From the NCBI GenBank assembly GCA_035221665.1, contig CM069139.1:50902001-50966000 (forward strand): 64,000 bases of DNA, given 5' to 3'. A program made the translations under genes and the position numbers. Below, piece by piece: positions 53,110 through 64,000 of this stretch; position 1 is the first letter of the stretch; the number at the start of each line of letters is the position of its first letter. The notes beneath the pieces are model-generated. The model was not told the DNA's origin. It saw only the letters and a list, made by a program, of their open reading frames with translations, and did not search any database. The DNA is from Okamejei kenojei (Eukaryota).

Positions 53110-54700
53110 AGCAAAATCAGGAGGCAGTTCAAATGTCAGCGAAGCATCACTCCCTGATGAGCTCAATGCGTTTTACGCACGCTTTGATAGGGAGAACACT
53201 GATGTGCCTTCCTGAGCCCCAATTCGCCGTGATGAGGTCATAAGATCCTTCAGAGGGGTCAACCCTCAGAAAGTCTCTGGACCTGATGGTACACCCGGTC
53301 GTGTTTTTAAAAACCTGTGCGCACCAACTGGCTGGATCCTTTACAGACATTTTCAACCTCTCACTTCTGAGGTCTGAGGTTCCCACCTGCTTTAAAAGGG
53401 CATCAATAATACTGGTGCCCAAGAAAAGCAAGGTGGCGTGCCTCAATGGCTATCGACCAGTGGCACTAAAGTCTGTGGTGATGAAGTACTTTGAGAGGTT
53501 GATCATGATGCATATCAACTCCAACCTGGACCCACTGCAGTTCGCTTACCACCACAACAGATGAACGGTGGATGCGATCTCACGGCTCTCCACTCCGCTC
53601 TGGACCACTTGAACAACAAAAACTCATGTCAGGCTGTTATTCATTGATTACAGCTCGGCATTTAATATCATCATCCCCTCCAAGCTGGTCACCAAGCTCT
53701 CAGAACTGCATCCCTCTGCAATTGGATCCTCGACTTCCTCGTTCACAGACCACAGTCTGTCCATATTGGTGGAAATGTGCCATCCTCGATAACAATCAGC
53801 ATGGGAGCACCTCAAGGCTGCGTGCTCAGCCCCCGCTTTACTCACTCTATACTCATGATTGCGCAGCCGGACATAGTGCGAACTCCATCATCAAGTTCGC
53901 CGACAACACCGAGTATAGAAGTGAGATCGACCGATTGACCAAATGGTGCCAGCACAATCTGGCTCTCAACACCAGCAAAACCAAGGAACTTATTGTGGAC
54001 TTTGGAAGGGGTAGGATGGGGACCCACAATCCCGTTTACATCAACGGGTCGATGGTGGAAAGGGTCAAGAACTTCAAATTCCTGGGCGTGCATATTTCCG
54101 AAGATCTCTCCTGGTCCCAGCATATAAAGAAAGCACATCAGCGCCTCTACTTCCTGAGACGATTACGGAGAATCAGTATGTCAAGGAGGACTCGAACTTC
54201 TACAGGTGCAAAGTAGAGTGCATGCTGACCGGTTGCATCATGGCGTAGTTCGGCAACTTGAGCGTCCAGGAGCAGAAAAGGCTGCAAAACGTTGTAAACA
54301 CTGCCCAGGCCATCACCGGCTCTGACCTCCCTACCATCGAGGGGATCTATCGCAGTCGCTGCCTCAAAAAGGCTTGCAGCATCATCTAGGACCCACACCA
54401 TCCTGGCCACACACTCATCTCTCTGCTGCCATCAGGTAGAAGGTTCAGGAGCCTGAAATCTGCAACATCCAGGTTCAGGAACTATTGCTTCCCCACAGCC
54501 ATCAGACTATTAAACACAACTTCAAACAAACTCTGAACTATAACAGCCCATTGCACTGTTTAATTATGTGTATATATATGATGGTATATGGACACACTGA
54601 TCTGTTCTTTATTGATGCCTACAATATTCTGTTGTGCTGCAGCAAACAAGAATGTCATTGTCCTATCTGGGACACATGACAATAAACTCTCTTGAATTGA
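53110..54700 (+). mobile_element. 5'-truncated Rex1/Babar-type LINE, degraded
   Basis: [45 protein letters not shown]; AATAAA tail. Confidence 0.88.
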
Positions 54701-54979
54701 CTTGATGTTTTTTTTGGCTGAGCTCAACACCAGCCAAATTTCTGGTGAGGATTAAAGATTTGTTTTAAAGATTTCTTGGTAGGGGTGGAGTGTGGGAAAA
54801 GCCAGAGCTCCTACAACTGCCAGAGCACAAATGAATCATAAGGCTTCAGTAATTTCAGTAATTTTGCGCAAAGCAATTTTTTTTCTGCATGATGGCAAGA
54901 CAAAGCGATAGCGCATAATGTTAGGTTGCATAAACATTATGAGCTCTATTGAAAGACTGGATGAACGAGTTCACAATAG

Positions 54980-55061
54980 ACACACACACTCACACATACA
55001 CACACACACACACAGACACACTCACACACACAGGAAACACTCATCACACTCACACACACAC
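54980..55061. repeat. Imperfect (CA)n microsatellite
   Basis: Direct reading. Confidence 0.9.
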
Positions 55062-55678
55062 TTCCACAACTGCCCACCTCTTTGAATATTAAAAGGCCCC
55101 TGGCCTGATTTTTTGATTGGACATTTTTAATTTGGAAAAATTACTCAAAAACCTTGTTCTTTGGCACTTAATCCTGTAAAATTATAGTTTATTGATTGGA
55201 TACAGATGGTTTTAGTTAATCTGAGCAAATTATTTGTATTAGTTTGCTGGTTAAATCACATTTTATGCTAGATTATGTTGGATTCAATTCAAAATCCTGA
55301 TTTGTCTTTGAAAACGCATTGGATCACTTTTGCAGGGGTATGTAAAATGGATACGAATTGTATCACAGGAAGCATTAGCCACAATGTCAAGGAAACAGTT
55401 TTGTGGGCTTCCTGTCTGCGATTGTTGTTTCTCCCCCTCTCGTCTTTGTGTCATTGTATTCTGGGGGATGCTGACCAGGGCGGTTACTACAACAAGCAAA
55501 GCAAATGTTCATGCCAGTTCTTTTTTTAATACCTCTAAAGAAAGTGTCCGTGGTGTTGGAATGTTCTCCAGTGAAATTAGTATTTGAGGTTGGAATGTTG
55601 CATAACATGATTGAGCAAGCTTATTTAGCAGCTTGCTTTTCAACAGAACTTTAATGCAAACTGCTCTGTAAATTTCAG

Positions 55679-55821
55679 GCGGCAACACACGTGCCACAGG
55701 GATGCTGGTCCAATACAAAACTTTGGGGTCCCAGGAGTCAAAACAGCTGAAGCTAAGTGTATCAGATGACTTCAACAGCAACAAGAAGATGTCTGTTGGT
55801 TGGTTGGCTGCCATGCATAAG
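55679..55821 (+). CDS. ZFYVE21: ZFYVE21 exon 7 (GGNTRATGMLVQYK...WLAAMHK)
   Basis: 143 nt, cag/gtgaag, phase 1-0. Confidence 0.93.
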
Positions 55822-55914
55822 GTGAAGTCTAATAATGTCTTTCACTTTCTTTATTACTATTGAAAGAGTCTCTTCAATTTGGAGCAAATTATTTGTTTTG
55901 TTGAGAGCAATAAT

Positions 55915-56640
55915 AGAGTGATACAGTGTGGAAACAGGCCCAACTTGCCCACACTGTCCAACATGTCCCACTTGCCTGCGTTTGGTTCCTATCCCTCCAA
56001 ACCTGCCCGATCCATGTAGCTGTCTAACCGTTTCTTAAATGTTGGGATAGTCCCTGCCTCAACTACCTCCTCTGGCAGCTTGTTCCAAACACCCACCATC
56101 CTTTGTGTGGAAAATGTTTATTCCTATTAAATCTTTTCCCCTTCACCTTAAACCCATGTTCTCTGGTCCTCGATTCACCTACTCTGGGCAAGAGACTCTG
56201 CATCTACCTGATCTATTCCTCTCATGATTTTATACACCTCTACAAGATCACCCCTCATCCTCCTGTGCTCCAGGGAATAGAGTCCCAGCCTACTCAACCT
56301 CTCCCTATAACTCAGACTGTCTAGTCCTGCCAACATCCTCGTAAATCCTCTCTACCCATTCCAGCTTGACAACATCTTTCCTATAACATGGTGTCCAGAA
56401 CTGAACACTATATTCTAAATGCAGTCTCACCAATGTCTGATACAACTGCAACATGGCCTCCCAACGTCTCTACTCAATACTCTGACTGATGAAGGCCAAT
56501 GTACCAAAACCCTTTGACCACCTTATCTACCTGCGACTCGACTTTCAATGAACCATGCACCTGCACTCCTAGATCCCTCTGCTCTACAACACTCCCCTGT
56601 AGGTCCTGCTCGTGTTAGACTTCCCAAAATGCTGCACCTT
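55915..56640 (-). mobile_element. CR1 LINE 3' fragment
   Basis: Close similarity to 46820-47550. Confidence 0.85.
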
Positions 56641-56813
56641 AAGATAATGTTACAATTGTAATGAGAGGAATGAAAACTTGTTTCAAGAATTGGAAAAAGT
56701 TAATAAGGCAAGGGGAATAAAGTTGAGGAGTGAAAATGTCCAATGGTTATCAGAGAGGTTAACATTCATGGAGAAGAAAAAAGAATAGAAGGTGGAAAAG
56801 TAAAGGTGTGCTT

Positions 56814-56989
56814 ATTTGTAATTGTGATCTGTTATATTGTAAACATATCAGCTGCCAGGTGGTGTTCAGGGAGGGTGGGTGAGGGTAACTTTGTTATATA
56901 TAAAAAAACAATATGGAGGGAAATGTAATGCATTACATCAGCTGTATTGCATCTTTCCTTCAATAAAAATATTTAATAACAAAAATGAA
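56814..56989 (+). mobile_element. Short A-tailed retro-fragment (L1 3'UTR-like) between 58-bp direct repeats
   Basis: Repeats 56756-56813 and 56990-57047 (3 mismatches); insert ends AATAAAAATATTTAATAACAAAAA. Confidence 0.65.
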
Positions 56990-58014
56990 AGGTTAACATT
57001 CTTGGAGAAGAAAACAGAATAGCAGGTGGAAAAGTAAAGGTGTGCTTTTTAGCCAATTTTAGAATGGTAATGGGTGAAAATGATAATCGAACATTTAATA
57101 ATTTTGACATGGTTAAGTACCGAAGACTTGGCAAACAAGCCACATATTAGCAGAACTGAATCTTTAACCTGGCCAGAAGTAGTCTTTTAGTATATTTGGG
57201 ATACCAGAAGTTGGAATCATGGCTGACAGCACAGAAATGCATACTACAGCCACCAAAAAGGGTAGACAGGAAGTTCCCTTTGGGTCAAATATGAGACAAC
57301 GGTTGTAATGGGTCAGATTTAGTCTTGAACATTTGTCTTGTGGTTTGTGCAAAGACTGAAGACTGGCTTTGGTTTTTGCTATATTTATTTGGAGGAAGGT
57401 TTTCATCTGATAGTATATGTCAGAATGGAAAAGCTGACATTTTAAATGTTTCAATTGTTGGGGATACACATCTGGTCTGAATCAGCAATGCTTCTGCTAT
57501 TATAGAGTGATGCAGAACAGAACTGAGGGAAGTTTTTTGTTGCTTGCAATTCAGTCAACATAAAGACTATATATAATTACAATCAAGCCATCCACAGTGT
57601 AGAGATACATGATAGCATAGAGTAAGGAATGCTGCTATTGGAGTAGAGATTTAAGACTGGAGCAATTGTAATGAGTGATTGCAGATTCACTTCTGAGACC
57701 AGCACGCAGTGTCGCTTGGGTGCCATCTTGCTTATCGAGTTTAGACTCCCTCTATCCCGAGGAAAAAAGACTGACACTAACATACTGTATAGACCCATAG
57801 GGTCACCCCCGAACCAGCTTTGCTGCAGGGAAAACAGTCACAAAATCATCTTTCCTGCACCTTCTCTTTTTTTAATATTATCCTTCCTGTGGTGACCAGA
57901 ACTGTGCACACTATTCCAGGTGTGGTCTCAAAGTCTTGTACAGCTGGAACATGACGTTCCAACGCGTGTGTGTACTCGGTGCCCTGTCTTGTGAAGGCAA
58001 ATGTGTTATGACAT

Positions 58015-58427
58015 CAGGCACGTGCTGTGATTAATTACTCGGGATAGGCACGGGGCAGTCAGTCGACCTTAAAATCGTTAAAAAACGCACATGCGCAGAT
58101 CGGTCATGTAGGCAGTCAGTCGAATTTAAAAAATCTTAAAAACACGCATGTGCAGATTGGTGTCCTCTCCTGTGGGCATGCGCAGCACCTTGCATGCAGC
58201 CCATGGTGCAAAGGCAGGATTTCAGCTGCCTTTATTGCCCGTTGTAAGTGAAGGCGTAAAGCAGCGTCCACGGCACGCGAGTTGAACAGTTACGTGTACT
58301 AAGATCGATTAATAATAAATGCTGAATTTAGTAAATCAATTGTAAATTTTTACTATTTATATTTAATAATTACCTTTTTATAATTTTAGTCAGGGTAGGT
58401 ACTGCCTACCTTGACGGCACGTGCCTG
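58015..58427. mobile_element. hAT-type MITE inserted in a CR1 fragment
   Basis: TIR CAGGCACGTGCTGT / ACGGCACGTGCCTG; TSD TATGACAT / TATGACAC. Confidence 0.85.
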
Positions 58428-59027
58428 TATGACACCCTCGCCACCTTTTCTACTTAATTACCCCTTTCAGGAAACGTTGCACTTGTAGCCCTAGTTATCT
58501 ATTGTACGACACTTCCCAGGGCCCAGTCATTCACTATGTCCTGGGTTTAACTTCCACCTGCCATTCCATGCCCACCTTCCCAGATGATTGTCGGGTTACT
58601 AGTGTATGAGATCAGTACAGCTTGAAGGTCCTGTTTCCTACAGACGTACCTTTTCAGATATTCAGTTGAACCTGTATTGTAACAGTCAATATTACCACTA
58701 TAATCTCACTCAAGTTACACATGGACAAGGTTGTACGAAATTCATTGTTAATACTTGTTGACAGCCTCAGCTTACTGTATGGACATTGTCCAGTTATTTC
58801 ATAGTATATTCTACATGGCAGAATGGAGACTTATTTCAACAGCTTTGACTGGATTTAGGTACAGTACTAGTACCAAAGGTATGGAACAAAGTTTATTTTT
58901 ATATATTCATTGCTAGTGTACTATACTGCATGAGCGAGAATTAAATTGTACTAATTGTTATCCCTCCATCTCCATTTTTTTTTTCCCCCTTCCCACCAAA
59001 CACAATCTCCTCTATCCCAATCCACAG

Positions 59028-59063
59028 GCAGCCAAGCTTTTATATGAATCAAGAGACCAATAA
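59028..59063 (+). CDS. ZFYVE21: ZFYVE21 terminal exon (AAKLLYESRDQ*)
   Basis: cag acceptor, TAA stop, same C-terminus as recalled human protein; total CDS 747 nt. Confidence 0.95.
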   Translation, partial: AAKLLYESRDQ

Positions 59064-60104
59064 CCATTTCAGAGTTCCTGAAACATATGCAGCTGTTAGC
59101 CGGAAGAGGAATGGAAAAAATAACATTTGTTTTCCTGCTCTGATATATAGTCAGTTTTTAGTACTTTTGTATTAGTGATTTTTCTGAAAACACTTAAATG
59201 CAACAAATATCAGGACTTTTTGGTGCATTTAAATATTAAGTATAGTGCAATATAAAATTTACAATGTTTTAAATGTAATCTTTCACATTTAAATTAAACT
59301 TTTGCTAAATATTAATCTATTTTTTAATTACTAACTGAAAACTGCACTGCAAAATTTTGCAGATTTTATTTTACGGTTGAAGTATAAAAGTTCTAATTGT
59401 ATTGCAAAAGTGGAAAATAGTCTGTAAAGACTTCTGTTGTGCATTCAGGTGGTTTTTGACCTAAATGATTGAAGAATTAAAAATGTTTACATTTAATTTT
59501 TAATAGCAGGAAATGTTAGTCCACAAAGTGCCATCAATTTGCTTGGATTTTAAATTGGTGCCCCCCCACTAGAAATTTAATTCTGATTAAACCAAAGGAA
59601 ATACTCCCATAGTGGATGCTTTGCATAATCCTGCCTCTTCCTGCAATTATGTACCGAGTCTAAGAAAGTTATTAGGGAACTATTACAACTGTTTTAATGT
59701 GGTTGTGTAAAAGTCTGCAGCACCTGTGCATGAAATCAAAACTGGATATTAAACACAACTGTGGATCATGGACAGGGATACATACAGATGGGCTATTAAG
59801 ATGCTTGCTTGTTGAGAGAAATGTTCTGAAAACTGACCCTTGGTGTATCAACCCAACTTTCTTTTGAATGAAATATTCCAGAATAATCACTTTGAAATTA
59901 GAAATATGTATTTGATGCACACAGGCTGGGGGAAGGGGAAGAAGACGGACATGCACACCAACTTCTCAGTTTTCTGGACCAAATGAATATTACTGAAGTT
60001 ATGGTTATATGGAGGACTGATCTTGAAAGTGCATTTTATAGTTTGTATTCATACTAGATATATACATCTTGGATCAATTGCAAGCACCTTCTGTATAAAA
60101 TTAA

Positions 60105-60110
60105 AATAAA
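60105..60110 (+). terminator. Candidate ZFYVE21 poly(A) signal
   Basis: AATAAA ~1 kb after the stop, followed by GT-rich sequence and then repeats. Confidence 0.5.
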
Positions 60111-60467
60111 ATGCGATTGCAAAATTCTGTGAGGATCAATTGTGTGGTACAAAGGTTTCGTTTAGCGAGAGCATGGAAACACTCTTTGTTCCATTGAGTC
60201 CACACTGACTATGGATCATCCATTCACACTAGTTTAATGTTATCCCACTTTTGCATCTATTCCCTACACAACAGGGACAATTTACAGAGGTCAATTAACC
60301 TACAAACCTGCATGTCTTTGGGATGTGGGAGGAAATCAGAGCACCCCCATGTGATTGTGCAAACTACACAGGTTCAAACCTGGGCACTGGCACTATGAAG
60401 CAGCAGCTCCACCAGCTGTGCCATATGCCACCCCCAAGGATTATACACCTACATCCAAGGTTGCAAT

Positions 60468-60563
60468 AGGTAGACAAAAATGCTGGAGAAACTCAGCAGG
60501 CGAGGCAGCATCAATGGAGAGAAGGAATAGGTGACGTTTTGGGTCGAGACCCTTCTTCAGACT
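60468..60563 (-). mobile_element. Penelope-derived short repeat with intact hammerhead-like 5' core
   Basis: On - strand agtctgaagaagggtctcgacccaaaacgtcacc...; GAAA mutated to AAAA. Confidence 0.8.
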
Positions 60564-60977
60564 AAAGAAGATTGAATTGTATAGTTTATTTCAAAACAGA
60601 TCTGATGATTTGCAAGGAAAGCAGATAATTATGGTGAAACAAAAGTCCTTAAGCTAAATTCCCGTTCAGTGATAGTATTAAAGTTAAGGCCCTGGTCATT
60701 GTTTTTCAGCACGGAACAAATAAAAACCGTTCCATTCAATTTACCAAGTACTGTGATGGGTAATGAGCATTTCTCATGATTTTAACTGAATTTGGCATGG
60801 TATGCTCTTTTGATAGAGGAATTAGAGCTGTTTAATTAGTTTTGCGGTAGACGGGAACGCACAATTTCAAATACTTTTAATTCCTGATTTTTGGCCAATT
60901 GTTAAATCTAAAATAGCCAGAGCAAGCTGATTACAAATAAAACTTGTAATGAATAATTACCTTTCATGCGATTGTAT

Positions 60978-60983
60978 TTTATT
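60978..60983 (-). terminator. Candidate PPP1R13B poly(A) signal
   Basis: TTTATT on + (AATAAA on -) ~0.9 kb after the stop. Confidence 0.5.
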
Positions 60984-61861
60984 GTGCAAGTTTACATAAC
61001 TTGTTAAGCAGTGCATTACTATCACCTATGAAAAATTAGTCACACACATAAGAGCCCACATTATTAAAATCTTACACAACACAATATTTACATTCAACAC
61101 TAGTGCTCAGTTAACAGAACTTAAATGATGAAACTTGGTGAACCAAAGATTATTAAGCTTATTGCAACTAAAAGAAATATTATTGGGGAAAAAATAAGGC
61201 TCTTTAATATAGAAATATTTGAATACTTCTATATTACAAGGAAGTGCTGTAGTGTTCTGCAACAAAATGTCGGGAAAGTTATTGCATCATTTCCATTGAC
61301 GACACAGGTTAAAGGATTTCAACATTCACGTGCTTTTCTCACATCCATCGTTCCATTAATCACATACACTTCCTTTATCTCAACAATTCTGGCAGTGCAT
61401 CTCATCTCAATTGTAGTATTAACTAATTTTTCCTTCATGTTCATACATACATTCCAAACTCCTTGCTTATCATCAAAAAAAACAAATTAAATTTGAGTCC
61501 AACCACACAGCCATTCTATAAATTAACTTCTCAGAAACCAAACTTGTATGAAATAATTCCCTTGATGCTATTTCTTTCCATCTGAGATCACCTCACCACT
61601 GCGGGGCCATGAGTGTCAGCACATTGACCATGGGCAAGCATATGCCAGCTTGTGTCTGGTGCAAACGCCAGCATGTATATGTAGGTGTTTTTTGGAAGTA
61701 GCAATGTGGCTTAGTTCAAAGAAAAAGCACCATAAAGGAAACTACTGCATATCCAAATCACAGCACATAAATATCTACTTTCTCTTCTGGGTGGAGGATA
61801 CTTCCATTGTGAAGAGTATTGTGTTGGCTCCAGGTTTCGATGAGTGGGGCTGATACTAATC

Positions 61862-61903
61862 TTAAGCCAGAGTTCTCTGTCGAGGCTTTATTCTTGGATA
61901 CAA
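61862..61903 (-). CDS. PPP1R13B: ASPP1 terminal exon (LYPRIKPRQRTLA*)
   Basis: ttttacag acceptor, TAA stop; ...RQRTLA end and synteny with ZFYVE21 favour ASPP1 over ASPP2. Confidence 0.92.
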   Translation of the reverse strand: MYPRIKPRQRTLA

Positions 61904-63067
61904 CTGTAAAACAAAATAAATTGTTTTTACTACTTATTTCATTTACCACTTCAAGCTGCTTTGTGCATACTGATGCTGCTCGGGATCAGATTATTATGGC
62001 ACTATTAAAAAAATCCAAGGTAAGAAAAGTTTGAAATAATTTGACATGGACAATTACATGTGGAGTGAGACTAAAATCAATTCAAGGATGAGAATTTTAA
62101 AATTGGGGTGTTGGATCACCAATTAACAGAGCATGGTGTGAATGGGACATGATTTGGTTTAGTATCTAAGCACAAGTCTTGTACGCTAAAGTTGTGAACG
62201 ACAGAAAATGCAAATCCAACAGGAAAGAAATGTTATGGGTGAAGAAACATTTTCCAATTAATTTTCTTCCATCCTCACCTGCTCAGACAAAAATATTACA
62301 TCAGATTAGGCCTGCAGCATATATGAAAGATGACCTAAATTAAATTTGATATAGGATAATCCTAAAGTTAGTGCTTAAATGGTGACGATAATCTATTTTT
62401 TCATTGTTATAATAAATAACTAATCGATCTTACGGTTCCTAAATCGAAAAGTTCACTGCAACATAATAAGGAATCTTTTCTATTTCTGTTATGTCCATCA
62501 AATTAATTCTAAAAACAAATGATTAATTGTTGGTTTAAAATACAGAAAATGCCATTTTCATCAGATGGACCCTCGGATTCAACACTAATTTAAATCATCC
62601 ACATTTTAACATATCAATTGATTACATTGACAAGGCCTCTTTACGGTTTAAAAAAAAAGAAACAACAACTTTTAGAGAGCCCTGCACTCTTTCCCCAAGC
62701 TACAGAATTGAGAACAGGCTCCTAATTCAAGGGGTAGGCCATTTAGGACAACTGATGAAACATTTCTACATGAAAAGATGGTGAAGCTTGGTCATTGATC
62801 GTTTTCAAAAGAGAGATAGAATTTGTACTCTGTACTAAACCTCACAGTACTAAAACCCAAATAATCTGCTCAAAGAACCTATGAACAGAGCGTCTAAGAA
62901 ATTAGCACACACCGTGTGTACTGGGAAAATAGTTGGATTTTTGTATTTTAACAGTGCACCAAACTGTTTTATGAATGAGCAATATTTGGTTAGTTTTTGT
63001 TACAATGGCATACATTATTGAAAAAGCATAAACAAAATTATAAAGTCACAATTTAGTTCATATTTAC

Positions 63068-63267
63068 CCCAAGCAGATTACGAGGAACATAGCCTTCTTT
63101 ATCATTCAATCGAGCCCACCACCAGTCTGTTTCAACATCATCTTTGTGTCTCACAATTGTCAGAGGTTCTCCTTCTTGGAATGATAATTCATCATTGTTC
63201 TTGGCTTCATAATCCCACAAAGTATAAACAACACCTTTGTTCATCACACCCATTTTTTCTTGCACTC
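63068..63267 (-). CDS. PPP1R13B: ASPP1 SH3-domain exon ([12 protein letters not shown]...[19 protein letters not shown])
   Basis: 200 nt, tag/gtaaat; SH3 motifs LWDY, ELSF, WWW, GYVPxN. Confidence 0.94.
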
Positions 63268-64000
63268 CTATTGTGGGTTGAAAATAATTATCAATGATTT
63301 CAGATTTATCAAACTTGCACAGGTCATTGTAGAGAACGTCTGTTTTATGGATTTGTCTACAGGTCAAGCACATTTTTCCCCCCACCTTTTTCAGAAACAT
63401 ACGTTTTTAAAACCCTGGGCATATGCTACTCTAGAAAGGAAATGCATGGAAACAAGTCAGTTTCTCTCTAAATAGTAGCCCGAGATCAACTGGCAATCCT
63501 TTGAATACAAGAAAAAGGAATTGCTTTTTAGTGTAATTTCAAGCAACAATAGTGGCCTCAAAAGAGACCTTCACCCCGAGTAATTATCAAACTGTGCCAC
63601 ATATAATTCTAACAATGATGAATTATTTTTTAGCTTATTTCAAGTTTATTGAAAAAAAATGACGCCAATTTACTTTAGTAATTCTGTTACGTTTCTATCA
63701 CAAACGATACATATAAAATAATAATAAATGGCAGAGATATCTTGGAAGTACTAGTTCCTGGAACAAAATCTCTGAAGCTGCTGTATCGCAAATGATGAAT
63801 TCTGAACACAAACTTGAATCATCAAAGCAAAGACTGAACATGATGTAATAGCAAAGTATCATTGAATCTATCAAAGCGCAGCAGTAGTATAAAATACTGT
63901 AAATATCCAAGGGCAATCAGCATCGGCATCAAGGGGATGCATTTCAGGTCTGACCCGTCATTGTAACTAATGCATAAATAAATACTGCCTGACCTGCTAA

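Noticed and set aside
63268-63400. Upstream extension of the ASPP1 SH3 ORF
   Set aside because: Intronic read-through; similarity begins at the acceptor at 63267

Overview
Eukaryotic, repeat-rich vertebrate DNA. The repeat content (HE1/V-SINE-like, CR1, Rex1/Babar, Penelope) suggests a cartilaginous fish, probably a skate or ray (inference). It holds the syntenic block KLC1 (+, last two exons) - XRCC3 (-, complete, 7 coding exons, 371 aa) - ZFYVE21 (+, complete, 8 exons, 248 aa) - PPP1R13B/ASPP1 (-, last two exons). All exons were reconstructed by hand with consistent splice phases. Introns contain CR1, L1 and Rex LINEs, hAT-type MITEs, a Helitron, a foldback-like TIR element and more than 15 copies of a short Penelope-derived repeat with a minimal hammerhead-ribozyme-like core. 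Four young copies of that repeat have 9-15 bp target-site duplications and share a 3' end; one sits 7 nt into an XRCC3 intron on the sense strand. Other points: a GC-AG intron in XRCC3, a 54-nt ZFYVE21 cassette exon, a candidate extra KLC1 terminal exon, three-level TE nesting and a 58-bp direct repeat around a retro-fragment. Protein identities rest on recalled human orthologue sequences, not database searches; repeat boundaries without TSDs are approximate.
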